Below, piece by piece: positions 42,099 through 54,600 of a stretch of DNA of 64,000 nt. The translations under genes and the position numbers were made by a program. The notes under the pieces were generated by a model. It did no database searches and was not told the DNA's origin. It saw only the letters and a program-made list of their open reading frames with translations. The DNA lies in assembly GCA_964016885.1 (NCBI GenBank), contig OZ024747.1, forward strand, positions 90,520,001 through 90,584,000, in the 5' to 3' direction. The stretch comes from Eledone cirrhosa (taxonomy: Eukaryota). Each line of letters starts with the position of its first letter. The stretch's first letter is position 1.

Positions 42099-42195
42099 GG
42101 TCCTTCAGTATATATAACATGACATATATACGTTATTTAGATGTATCTTTGTTTTAAAATTCCTCATATATATCATTGTCATCATCATTTTATGT
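41417..42195. repeat. ~100-bp inverted repeat pair (41417-41517 / 42097-42195) enclosing the family G element
   Basis: acataaaatgatgatgacaatg...ctgaaggaccat versus atggtccttcag...cattgtcatcatcattttatgt; about 2 substitutions and a TA indel. Confidence 0.92.
41864..41953 (+). ncRNA. Type I hammerhead ribozyme motif with U3-A8 core variant (family G)
   Basis: Stem I tcctc/gagga; core UUGAUAA 41869-41875; stem II gt(c)ggca/tgccac; GAAA 41935-41938; palindromic stem III actacgtagt; GUC triplet 41946-41948. Confidence 0.82.
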
Positions 42196-42296
42196 ATATA
42201 TATGAAGTATTTCCGTAGGAAAGGTAAAGGAAAAGAGAGTGCTCTATGTAGGCTACAGAGCTTTTTAGTTATGTAATAAATAACATAAAATAATTA

Positions 42297-42360
42297 TTTC
42301 ATTTACCAGTGGTTTCTTGAAGACAGATATTTATGTCTGTCTTCATTCACCAGAAGAAAA
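42297..42360 (-). ncRNA. Family B hammerhead motif with A6G core change (mirror of 43139-43202)
   Basis: Reverse complement reads ctggtga a tgaagacaga...tctgtcttca a gaaa ccactgg ta aatgaaa. Confidence 0.6.
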
Positions 42361-42561
42361 GTTATTTATGAAATAGTAATAGGGATTTGAAAACAGAGTA
42401 TAGGATAAAAGAAAATGAGGCTGAAATAAAATTGTGTATATGTATATATATATATAAACATATATATATATATATACACGTTATTCCGGGTTGAATCGGA
42501 GGTAACCACAGTAAGTAAGGTACTCAATACATAGCAGAGTATAAAAGTTTTAATATAGATG

Positions 42562-42612
42562 AGATTCTACAGGACTAGAACTGTTTCATTCTTTAGAAAT
42601 CATCAGGAATCT
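42562..42612 (-). ncRNA. Family A type I hammerhead motif (mirror of 42881-42931)
   Basis: Exact reverse complement of the plus-strand motif. Confidence 0.8.
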
Positions 42613-42880
42613 GGGTATCAAAAAATAAATATGGTATTTATAGGTCTCTTCAGGTGGTAGGAGAGGGTAGGGAGTGGGATGGGTAGAGGTCATTGGTTGA
42701 TAGAAAAGGGAATTCATTAAAAGCTAATTCTTTGAAGCTAAAATCTAAATTATAGCTTTAAAGAATTAGCTTTTAATGAATTCCCTTTTCTATCAACCAA
42801 TGACCTCTACCCATCCCACTCCCTACCCTCTCCTACCACCTGAAGAGACCTACAAATACCATATTTATTTTTTGATACCC

Positions 42881-42931
42881 AGATTCCTGATGATTTCTAA
42901 AGAATGAAACAGTTCTAGTCCTGTAGAATCT
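42881..42931 (+). ncRNA. Family A type I hammerhead ribozyme motif, intact core
   Basis: Stem I agattc/gaatct; CUGAUGA 42887-42893; short stem II ttc-taaa-gaa with a U.U pair at its base; GAAA 42906-42909; stem III acag/ctgt; GUA 42923-42925. Confidence 0.82.
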
Positions 42932-43138
42932 CATCTATATTAAAACTTTTATACTCTGCTATGTATTGAGTACCTTACTTACTGTGGTTACCTCCGATTC
43001 AACCCGGAATAACGTATATATATATATATATATATGTTTATATATATATATATATACATATACACAATTTTATTTCAGCCTCATTTTCTTTTATCCTATA
43101 CTCTGTTTTCAAATCCATATTACTATTTCATAAATAAC

Positions 43139-43202
43139 TTTTCTTCTGGTGAATGAAGACAGACATAAATATCTGTCTTCAAGAAACCACTGGTAAATGA
43201 AA
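43139..43202 (+). ncRNA. Family B hammerhead motif with A6G core change
   Basis: ctggtga; perfect 10-bp stem II tgaagacaga/tctgtcttca; gaaa ccactgg ta; homologous to 14938-15010. Confidence 0.6.
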
Positions 43203-43245
43203 TAATTATCTTATGTTGTTTATTACATAACTATATATATATATA

Positions 43246-43560
43246 TAGTGGTTAGAGCATTGGCCTTGCAATCAAAAGGTTGTGAGTTCAATTCTCAGAC
43301 CGGGTGATGTGTTGTTTCCTTGAGCAAGACACTTTATTTCACATTGCTCCAGTTTACTCAGCTGTAGAAATGAGATGATAGGGACTGGGGTCCCTATTCA
43401 TTTCCACTGTAAAGTGGACGTGGGGGTGCCACGGCAAAAAAGCACCCAGCACTCACTGTAAATGAAGTTGGTGTTAGGAAGGGCATCCAGCTGTAGAAAT
43501 CAAGCCAGAATCAGTTCCCATCCCACCCTTGCAAGCAGGGAAAAGTGGACGTAAAATGAA
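43246..43560 (+). mobile_element. SINE family 2 head joined to an RTE-related 3' module
   Basis: tagtggttagagcattggcc...gagttcaattctc head; later ggtgttaggaagggcatccagctgtagaaa and tail ggacgtaaaatga, the latter also reversed at ~16800-16885 and ~24305-24355. Confidence 0.75.
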
Positions 43561-46500
43561 ATGTGAAAAATGTGTGTGAAATGTGAATATATATATACAT
43601 TGGTTTGACCTTTAATAATAGGGAGAGCAAATGTTAAATAATGATGATGATTACCTTGATTATATACTAGTTTTGAAACAAGAATGAAGACACCATTTCC
43701 AAGAAAGAATTTGTAAAGCAAACACAATATTGGGAATAATAAATCCAGACAGGATCTACACTCTAATGCATGGATAGCATCACATGAAAAAACAAGAAAT
43801 TCTTACACAATCTAATAGTTAAATGTTATGTGATTATGATACAAATAAATGACTAAATTAATTTACATATTATAAATACTAAAACGTAGAAGATTTTTTT
43901 GAGATTAAATAAGCAATTAGAAAGATGTTCTTTTAGACAAGATACATTACTATGCTTGCAAAAACATATACTTTAACTCCATTCAACATTAGAAGACTGA
44001 TTTCATATAGAAGAACCCAAAGTTTTTTTATGAAAAGACAGAGCAAATGTAGGACAAAGAAAGGAAAATACACAAACAAACGTTCCTATTGCTATATGCA
44101 GCTTTAAGAATTGAAATAATTCTTTGGAAACTCAAGGTAGGACTATTAATAGCTTGGTATATTAATTTTTATAAAGTTATAAGTATTTTGTTACATACTG
44201 TAATTTTTTATCCTAAGCCTGCTTTATTAAAATCAAGATCAAGAATGATTGAAATAAATAGAAAAATTTCCTCTGGATATATTTAATGTTATTTTTATTT
44301 TTTGTCTTTTGTTTTTACTTTACTTGATACTTTTCAATAAGAAACCTGCTAAAGGGTTAAGTTATTACTTTTTAAAAGATTTTCAGTTAGGGATACAGCT
44401 TTATTCTATTAAACATGCTAGCTGCTGTACTGCAAGCAGATTTAAATTTGAACTAAAATCTACATTGAATCAAGCTGTTTTACCCTGCAGGCAAAGGCAA
44501 GAAGATTGTTAAGGAAAATTTTTTCATGTAAACAATGGTTTCATGTACTTAAAGGATTAAATAAGAAACTTTATTTTTGTTGTTAACAATAAATGTAGTC
44601 CTAACAGTTTTAAACCATGAGTGAAATGGCTGAATGTTTAAGCCATTAGAAAAATAAAGTCATAAATCATAGTTTCAAATCATGCTATTTATACTGTTTA
44701 ATACAGTACTATGAGTCGATGTACATAATATTCTGTTTTGTTTCTACTACGTTGAGCAATAACTACCATCAACAAATGTTTCAAAGGATGCCTAGTCATT
44801 ACCTATAATAGAAGTTTATATAAACAGCTAAAAAACATCAAAGCTGTTAATGAAGAGATAAATTTTTAAAATTAAAAAGAATCAGTATCTGTTCTATTAG
44901 AGTGAGAAACATAAATACTTTCAACTTTATTGACGTTCTTTAAACAACCTTTACTTTCAGATCATTCTTTAATAATTCAAAATGAGAAATTTAACTTTTT
45001 GAAACTTCACTTTTTTTTCTAATATAAAATATGTTAACTTAAAATGGATCTTATTTCACTAAAATACATTTTTTCTTCGTTTAACTTTAAATTTTTCAAT
45101 TATTGAATTATAATTGATGTTACTACTACTCACAGACTATATACGAAATAGCAGAGGTTTTTTTTTCATCTAATTTGTTTCCTATCTAATGTCACATTAT
45201 CCATCTTTTTAAGTTCAAATAGATGAAATCTTTAAACTTATAATTAAAAAAGTGGTTTCATTTTCAACCCTCTAACACTAATGAAAACCTAAGTATAGCC
45301 AGTAAATTTTATTTTCAGACTTTTCATCTGTTGTTGTCTATTTGTTCGTAGGTCTGGTTATAACTTTGCTTAAACAGACGCAACTATTGTGGTAGAGGCA
45401 ACCAATACTTGGGAAAACTAACAGGTTAAATATCTCAAGTTGTAGGTATATCAGCTGTGTATGGCATTTTATCCATGGCTGTCATGCCTTAATTAATAAT
45501 ATATTATTTCTGTTTAAAGATAGCAAAGCTTTTGTTGCAGGATTGAATAATTTGTAAGATTATAATAATAATGAAATTATTGTGTACAGTGCTCAGGTGC
45601 ACTACATTATATAGAAGTAAACTCCTGTAAGAGAGATGCTACATAATATAATATAGTGATGATATTAAGAACAATACCTTTACTGCTACCAGCATCATGA
45701 TAAAAACAAAATATGTTAGATTACATGTTAGCTCTGTCTACTTTATCTATCTCATTATACATACTTCTTCTTGGAGTTTCTCTGACTGTTCAGAATAAAG
45801 CAGCTTTCTTCTCGAAAATATTAATCAGAAATTTACTGCTTGTCTTATATCTACTAATTATCGCAAGACACAATATCTAGCAAATTTTCAAACACAATAT
45901 CTAGCAAATTTACTCATCTATTCCAATTTCAGTTTTTCTCTTCTGTTAAATAATTCATAATCTAAATTTTTGCCTTCCATTCTAAATATGGTCAATGTGA
46001 TAAATATTATCAGTTGATTATATTACAATGTAAATTTAACTTTGCATATGTTCTTATCATACATAAAAGTTAAAAAATAAACTTTTACATGCTGTTAACT
46101 CCAGCTTTGATATTACATAACCAAACTATAAGTTGATACCTCATACTATTTAAAACATGATAGAACATTTTGGTAGACATCATTAATGGCTAGCTTTTAG
46201 AGCTAAATAACATGCCAACTTGATAATGAATGTTTGTATGGGAGAAGTTTAATCACATGTGGGCTGTAAACAGAACCAGAGTCTAGATCTAGTGGCAAGG
46301 TAGTAGATTGACAGAGTTGAAGGACTGAGAGTGATTTTTCTATATTCACAGAATAAACTGGAACTCATTGCTGCAAATTTATAACTCACTTGTCAATTAT
46401 ACTATGCTACCACTGCTTACAGTGGTGAGCTGTTCCTATTCTGCAGTACCTAGTTACAACTAGGTGGATTGAGTCATTTGAAAGTAAAACAATTTGGCTA

Positions 46501-47501
46501 GCAGCCCAACATAGCAATGCAGATGCAAATATGATCTACCAGTTCCTTACATGATACTTTATCTACACAGATTTCGATGCTATCACACACTGTTATAAGA
46601 TGTGTTATGGACACATAAGATTGTGAATAAAGTATTGTAGATGAATATTTAAAAGTGGCAAGAAAATTGTTAAATGGTGAAATTTCCTGATTTCTGTTTT
46701 CTTATTATACCAATCTGGCCCCAAACAGTTTCTGGTCCTATGAAATATAACCACTCATTTAAAAGGGTTTCTATTTAAATCAAAATCTCCATCATAATTT
46801 GATATAAGGACCATATGTTAAGTTACTTTATTAGAAATGAAATAAGAAGTAATTTTATTAAATTCTTCAAAATTCTTCATTAATTAGAAATATAATACAA
46901 AAATTTTGAGGCTTTAAGTAGTTGTTTGAAAGATTATCAAAATAATCTTGACAAACATTTAAATTGAGAGCATTGAGGAAGGGGATGAAAATGGCGATTA
47001 TATCAACCCCAATACTTGAGGGACCTCATGTAATAATATAATACCATATAACATATTTTAGAAAAAGCTATGTTACAAAGCAAAGAACAAGAGAAACAAA
47101 AATGCTTTAAATTCAATGGAAATGTTTAATTCTGTTCTAAAAACTAAAAATGTCAAGTGTAACTTAATCACAAAATAAATATAAAGAAATAAATATTTAG
47201 CGTTACCACTCTCCTGAAATAATTTATATTTGAGAAGAGATTGTGATCTTTCAAGTATCTTCCTATTTTGAAAAAAATCTTAAATATAGGGCAACTATAC
47301 AAACACCAACAAGAGTATCAAATACATATATATATATAGAGATCCACATATATTAAGTGAGAAATTGGAGTAGAGAGGTAGAAGGGGATAGAGAATGGAA
47401 GGGTTGTATATACATACATACAGTTTTTAAATAGTTTATTGCACAATTTTATTCAAACTTCTAACTCAAACAATTAACAAATTAAACCTTTATATGCATG
47501 C

Positions 47502-47577
<76 letters not shown>

Positions 47578-47579
<2 letters not shown>

Positions 47580-47766
47580 CGAAGGAAATGTGGTAAGGAA
47601 CCAGGTGGACCATAACGCACCAAAGTACTCAATACTTGAGGTAGTAGAGTGGGTAATAGGAACCAGTAAGACCCCGACAGCTGAGCTCAAGCCGTTTCGA
47701 CGGCTAATTCTGGACAGAATTAGCCGTCGAAACGGCTTGAGCTCAGCTGTCGGGGTCTTACTGGTT

Positions 47767-47771
<5 letters not shown>
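47578..47771. mobile_element. Family C fold-back element with perfect 57-bp hairpin and half-hammerhead
   Basis: Arms 47656-47712 / 47715-47771 are perfectly complementary; right arm has gaaac ggc ttgagctca gct gtc; (TA)n on both sides. Confidence 0.9.
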
Positions 47772-47801
<30 letters not shown>

Positions 47802-48371
47802 ATATATATATATATATGTATGTATATATATATGCATACTCACATATACATGAAAAGCATTGACTACAAAATGAAAGTCCCTTTAGAATGAAGTCTAATT
47901 CACAGGAAATATTGAGGTATATGACTAAACTACATAGTTTATCACTTTATTTCAGCTGCTCATCATTTACAATGCAATACTTTAATTATCACTGCAATAG
48001 ATACAACATCAACTACAAGTGTAAGTAGACTTCTAACTAGGTTTATAAATTAAAAATATAGGGACACAGCAGATTCCTCATTTACTAATATAATCCAAAC
48101 CAAGAGCAGTGTCTATAATATTTCCAGGTGGAGGACTGGATGCAAAAGACTACTGGTTCAAACAGAACCTTTGTCCAAGTATTGGCCACTCTCGGATAGC
48201 TTTGTGGTAGAGCCTGTAGCAGTGGAGATTTCCAGCGTTCTTGCCCCCCCCCCCTCCCCCTCCCCATGACCACATCCCTACTCACTGCTATTGAGATAGA
48301 GTTAGTCACCTGCAGAAGGATACATATTTAAAAATGGAGAACTAAACTTCATTTATTATTAACTCACTGAG

Positions 48372-48828
48372 GGTGGTAGATTGGCAGAATCGGTAGAGCA
48401 TCAGACAACGTGCTTTGCAGCATATAGTCCTGGCCCTTTATGTTCTGAGTTCAAATCCTGCCATGGTTAGCTTAGCCTTCCATTCTTACGGGATCGATAA
48501 AATAGAGTATCAATAATGCACTGGAGTCGATCTTATCGAATTTTCCCTCCCCCCAAATTGTTGGCCTTGTGCCTAAATCTGAAAAATTTTTTGACTCATT
48601 GAAAAGATGAAGGATTGAGAGAATCTGTAGAGCATCATTCAAAATTCTTTGTAATATTTTCTTTGGCTCTTAACTTTCTGAGTTCAAATCCCACATAAGT
48701 CAAATTGTCTTTCATTCTTCTGTGGGTCAATAAAATAAAGTACCAGCCAAATACTGGGGTTTATATAATTGACCTTTTTCCTGCCCTTCCCCAAATTGCT
48801 GGCATTCTGCCTAAAATTAACAACAATT
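48372..48828 (+). mobile_element. Two SINE family 1 copies (48372-48585; ~48676-48828)
   Basis: ggtggtagattggcagaatcggtagag...gagttcaaatcc...gctggc tail. Confidence 0.85.
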
Positions 48829-49085
48829 ATTAACTCATTCAGCATAACTAGTCTATGTGAAGAAAGTATGTTGCATGAGTATGTGCTAAAAAGAAAAATT
48901 GAAATTATTGAGGCAGTCAGTTAAGGTATGAACCTCTTGGATTATTGCACAATAATATTAAAAAGAAATTCATAGCTCTTTTATGAATTTTGTATGCTAA
49001 CACAAGGTCAACATATTTATATATGTATGAATAGGAAATTATGCACACACAATATACATTTAAATATGGTTTGGTGGGCTATTTA

Positions 49086-49147
<62 letters not shown>

Positions 49148-49783
49148 AATATATATATATATATATACACAAATACATATATAATATATATACATTTATA
49201 ATTTATTTATATATACACACATTTATAATTTATATATATATATACACATATGCACACACACATGTACATATGTATATATGTACATTTATGCATACATGTA
49301 TGTGTATAAATACATGGCAAGATTTCATTTCCCTTACATTATACAGTCAGTTCAATAATATTTCCGTTTAAATATTGACCTTACAATGAAGGATTTGGGA
49401 AGCTGCCAGAAAGTATGTTGAAAACTGATTACTGCAATATTGCACATCTTCTACTACTACATTTAATGTATTTAACAGTTAATTTAATAATTAGTGAATG
49501 ATTGATAACATTGGTACTTAAACAATTAATATAACAATTCATTAAACTGAACACTGAGGGGCAGGTAATGTGATGAGAATGTTTGAATAGCAAACTGCCT
49601 AAAATTACCCCTGATTCTATGATACAAAGATTTTTGTTTTAAATGAACCTGCCATTCTAATTTTATGTAAGAGTAATTGTTAAGTTATGTTCCAAACACC
49701 AGCTTAATAATGAGAAAATCTGTTATATTACTAATTTCTTAGTTAAAATACAAAGATCTGGGTGAGACTTTAGTATTTTAACT

Positions 49784-50000
49784 TTAACCCTTTAGCATTT
49801 AAACCTGGCTGTATCTGCCCAGAATTCTCTCAACTCTTTCTGTTCAAACTGGCTGTAACCTGCTGTTCATACTGATGTTAATGTATTGTTTTCCAAATGA
49901 ATAATATCAAAATCTCATAGATTTAATATTATGTGAGGTAAAGACTTTGCCATGAAAATATAATAGTAAATATAGAGTAATGTAGATGCTAAAGGGTTAA
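49784..50000. mobile_element. piggyBac-type MITE
   Basis: ttaa|ccctttagcattta ... gatgctaaaggg|ttaa. Confidence 0.9.
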
Positions 50001-50140
50001 ATAAACCTGCCATTCTAATTTTAAGAACATTTGTAAGATATGTTCCAAACACCAGCTTAATAATGAGAAAATCGGTTATATTACTAAGTCCTTAGTTAAT
50101 GTACTAAGATCTTGATGAGACCTTAGTACTCTAACTTTAA

Positions 50141-50340
50141 GGGTGTTGGATTGGCAGTATCGGTAAAGCTTAGGGGCATAGAATTATTGCCCTTCATGTA
50201 CTGATTTCAAATTCCGCTGAGGTTAGATTTTCATTTCATCCTTTCAAAGTCGATAAAATAAGGTACCAATAATGCACTGGTGTTGATTTAATCGACTTTT
50301 ATCCAAAGTTGTTGGCCTTGTGCCTAAATCAGAAACCATA
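50141..50340 (+). mobile_element. SINE family 1
   Basis: ggattggcagtatcggta...gtcgataaaataaggtacca...gccttgtgcctaaatcagaaacc. Confidence 0.8.
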
Positions 50341-51212
50341 TCACTAAATCCTTTTAAATTCTTGATTATTTTTGAAATGATTTGAAAATTATAGTTAGTG
50401 TCTTTAATTAGAAATATGGTAATAAAAGGGTTAAAACAGTAATGCACAACATAGTCTAGATGGATCAACATCAGTCAATACCAAATCTTTCGTGGTCCAC
50501 AGTGACTTTTATGTCTTTCTTTGTTGTATATTGCAATTAAAAGTTTTGGTGGTCCACAGTGACTTTAATGTTCTATGTTGCATATACAATTAAAAGTGAA
50601 TTTATATTTGTTGGTCTATGAATGTAAAATGATTGTGAATCCTTAAGTAATGATAATTAGGTTGATGTTTCCCAGTTTTTATTGTGTCTACCTAAAGTCA
50701 ATAAAAACTATCTATCAATTGGATTGAGCAAAATTGGACTCTCCCAAAAAATGACCTTCAGTGAGACCCTTGCTCTATACAAGTGTCTAGTTCCAGTTGG
50801 TCAATATACATAATATCAGGTCTTCTTCTGTATCTTTGATCCTAAAAAAGGTTTCCATAGCAATAACTGATTTGTCTATAAACAAGTACCAGTAATATCT
50901 ACCAGTGTACATTTCAAAACAAAAATAAAGCCTATATTACATATATTATTTTATTCTTTTATGGATTTCTGAGGTTAGAGCAGAAGACGGATGCTCCAGG
51001 AGCCAATAGTGGACCTGAACCCAGAACCACATAGTTGTAAAGTAAACTTCTTAACCACAGAGCTATGCCTGCAATATATTAAATTATGTGTATATATTGC
51101 CCATACTAATGTTTGAAGGGTTCATTAAATGAGAAATTCTTTAGTGTAGAAGAAAGCCTTTTGTTTTTTAGAATATTTTTGCTTGAAAATAACACTACCA
51201 CCATAAATACCC

Positions 51213-51263
<51 letters not shown>

Positions 51264-51448
51264 CATCCTCATTGAGTTGGTAAAGTTGTTCAGCTTCAAC
51301 TTATTCCATTCATGACTATTCCACCTTTCTAGGGGTATTTAAGACTACATTATTTCGTTTTCTTCCAATTTTTAAGGATTTGAGGGAGATTTGGTTATTT
51401 GTTACTAAATAAAAAAAATGTTAAACCATACAACAGTAGTAGTAATGT

Positions 51449-51487
<39 letters not shown>

Positions 51488-51971
51488 ATAGTAGTAGTAG
51501 TAATATGTTGTGGTAGTAATATCTTTTAAATGCTTTTAAATACTGACAGAAGCAGCATCAGTGGAGGAGGAGAGAAAGAAAAGAGATGTGTAATCCAAAT
51601 TAAAATGATGAAGAGCCATTAGTTAAGAGCAGCTCATGAATAATTAATTAAGATGTGTAACTTTGAAGAAACATCTAAAGCTAAGTTGAAGATAACACTG
51701 AAGTAGATATTATAGAAGATATATATTTAGTGAAGACAGTAGAAATGAGTGGTGTTAATATTGTTGAGTGATGTTATGATGACTGCTAGAATGAATGTGT
51801 ACATGGAGACGATAGAGGTTCGGTTTGCTACTAGATATATACTTTTTTACCTGTTGCAGCCATCCGGCTGAGGCCATGCTGGGGCACCGCCCTTGTGGAG
51901 GTCTCATTGAGATATATATATACTTTTGAAGTAGATAGTTTTAAATGGTATGTTTGATTTGACCATTTGAG

Positions 51972-52187
51972 TTAACCCTTTAGCATTTAAACTGACTGTA
52001 TCCAGCCAGAATTTTCTAACCCCTTTTTGTTCAAACCAGCCACTCATACTGATGTTAAGGTATTGTTCTTCAAATAGATATCAAAATCTCATAGATTTGA
52101 TATTATATGTGATAACTGTGTAAGATAAACCTTTTACCACAAAAATACAATAGTATATATAGAGTAATGTAAATGGTAAAGGGCTAA
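51972..52187. mobile_element. piggyBac-type MITE
   Basis: ttaa|ccctttagcattta ... taaatggtaaaggg|ctaa (right TSD mutated). Confidence 0.85.
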
Positions 52188-52700
52188 TGAGGTTTATGCA
52201 CAAAAGAAGACAACAGTCCTTCCATATGTGATAATCACAAAACATTAACCTTCTAATTTATAGCCCCCTAATATCTTTCTATATGTTTTATTTGAAATTA
52301 GGAGAGATTCCAATCCAATCCAGGGCTTTCTCACTCCTGATGGAGGAACCCTTCCTTGGTTGATCCCCACCACTTTCTATTTAGTTTTGTGTCATGCCAG
52401 GGGTGTAACCATATTCACCAAGTTTGACCAATTGCAGGTATGGCCTATCATAAAATCAATACATTCATCATAACCTCTTTATCCCACCCCAAAATTTTGG
52501 TGTGGATTTTTGTGAACTCTTCCCTAACAGGGATCACATTTTAAGCTGCATGTTGCAATTCTAAACAGCTCCCTGCCTTAGACAGTGTTACCATACATAC
52601 ACTCAATAACTGATGTTTACTATCTGAAAGTCATAAACACCTTTAATATCATCCTTAAACAGTGAATACCTTTTTGATTTAAGTGTATAGTGTGAAGTAC

Positions 52701-52921
52701 CTTCCTGCTGTTGTTATATAATCCCAATTTACTTTTTAGATAGTATATCTAGAAATACATTATATAAGTGTCCCTCTTATGGTTTCTAAATAGTAGGTTG
52801 TCTTTTAAGGGATAGATAGTTATTTGCTTCCTGTTGTTATATAATCCCAAACTATATTTTATATAGTATATCTAGGAATACATTATACAATGTGTCCCCC
52901 TTATGGTTTCTAAATGGTAGG
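52701..52921. repeat. Diverged ~95-bp direct duplication
   Basis: cttcctg..ttgttatataatcccaa...cttatggtttctaaat at 52701 and 52827. Confidence 0.85.
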
Positions 52922-53010
52922 GCATGTGATCACATAGATATCCCAGCACTGGATGGGATACTTTATTGATTAGATTGTATAAAGTAAGATATACTTCTAA
53001 TCAGATAATA

Positions 53011-53105
53011 GTTGTTTCTACTTTTGGCACAAGGCCAGCAATTACCCAGTGTATTACTGGTACTTTATTTTATCGACACAAAAGGATGAAAGGCAAAGTT
53101 AACCT
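53011..53105 (-). mobile_element. SINE family 1, truncated
   Basis: ttgtttctacttttggcacaaggccagcaattacccagt...ggatgaaaggcaaagtt. Confidence 0.85.
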
Positions 53106-53171
53106 TCTAATCAAATAATAATAATACAGAATATGCTATTGTGCAAGGTGTACATTTCCTCATAGAGGTTT

Positions 53172-53207
<36 letters not shown>

Positions 53208-53416
53208 AAAGAACCGGGCGGTTTTTGTCCCTTGTGATTTGAACATATATATGTATATATCTGTGTTTGTCTCTTGTTATTGAATTATATATATGCATAC
53301 ATACACGAATATATATGTATACACACATGAATATATATATATATATAATGATGGACTCTCCCACCGATTCGACATATGAGGGCTCAACAGTCATTTCAGT
53401 TATATATATATGCACA

Positions 53417-53450
<34 letters not shown>

Positions 53451-53674
53451 TTAAAAATCAGGTGTCAACCAGTCAATACTCAATATGAAGGCTTGACTTA
53501 TGGTGTGGGATGCCAATATTGTAAAACCTGAGACAATTCTAATATCTTCTATTAGTTCAACAAATCCAGGCAAACAATATTCCATTGAATTGGAGTTAAC
53601 ATCCACTATACATATATAACATTTTTTTAATTTCGCCCTGTCTGTCACCTCTACCTTTCTAATTTCTCATTCTT

Positions 53675-53710
53675 TCTTCTGATGAAGGACTAGTGTCCGA
53701 AACGTTAAAA
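53675..53710 (+). ncRNA. Minimal hammerhead motif, family F (element to ~53797)
   Basis: ctgatga a ggac-tagt-gtcc gaaa cgtt with palindromic AACGTT; stem I degenerate; downstream ~90 nt homologous to 41245-41335. Confidence 0.6.
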
Positions 53711-54003
53711 TTCTCTTCCTGCTATTTTAAGCATTAACCTAATATATTTCTTCCATATACTGTACCGATTGTGTTGTTATTTCTATTTATCTTTTATATA
53801 TATATACAGTGTATTGGTGCGTAACATTTAGAAACTGATGGTCTACTATTTTGAGCCCAAAATGCTAACATTTGGTTTCAGTTACTGAATGTGGGATTCT
53901 ATGTTTGGTATTTCCCCATAGTCAGTTTCCTCAAGAAGCAGAGTGTTAATAATAATAATAATAATAATAATGATTTCTTTAATAATAATTATTATTATGA
54001 ATT

Positions 54004-54130
54004 CACATGTCTGATGAGTTAGCAATTCCAGAGTCAAACCCAATCACTACTGAGTGTACCTTGAGCCGATCGATCGTGAAACATGTATAATGATATTATA
54101 TTGATACTTCGTTCCTGCTCATTATTATTA
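54004..54130 (+). mobile_element. Family E element with partial hammerhead
   Basis: cacatgt ctgatga ... gatcgatcgt gaaac, cleavage region deleted; tail tattgatacttcgttcctgctc matches the reverse complement of ~16424-16450. Confidence 0.7.
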
Positions 54131-54243
54131 TTGGCATTGTTATATATATATATATAAATCTGGACAGAACCAGTTTGAAACTAGTTAGACTATTACTCAA
54201 CAGAGTACTCACTATTTGGACTAGCAGAATGTGGATATGTGTG

Positions 54244-54281
<38 letters not shown>

Positions 54282-54467
54282 ATAATAATAAATTTGAAGA
54301 CTAAAATCCAAAGAGGGCTCGATAAGGATAAATATATATCAAATATATAAGAACCGTAGAGCAAACATATATATATATATATATTGTAGGGTGAAATATG
54401 CAAGCATTATCAGCAGAGTAAATATTAATAGTTATGTGATACCTTGAAATTAGTTGAGTGTATTATA

Positions 54468-54600
54468 TGCTACCATACATACTTCTGAATATACATGTAT
54501 GTGCTACCATATAAACTTCTAATGATACATGTATGTGCTACCATACATACTTCTAATTATACATGTATATGCTACCATACATATTTCTAATTATACATGC
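54468..54600. repeat. 34-bp minisatellite x4
   Basis: tgctaccatacatacttctaattatacatgtat(g/a) repeated with few changes. Confidence 0.9.

Larger units (their letters stand above)
42266..43233. repeat. ~970-bp near-perfect palindrome (arms 42266-42740 / 42753-43233, 12-nt spacer)
   Basis: Arms are reverse complements with about six substitutions plus TA-length differences. Confidence 0.97.

Noticed and set aside
47490-47853. Mirror-image ORFs on both strands
   Set aside because: Consequence of the perfect hairpin plus TA flanks, not coding evidence.
53345-53400. Minus-strand ctgttga...gaat...gtc hammerhead-like string
   Set aside because: Two non-compensatory core changes and poor stems; too degenerate to call.
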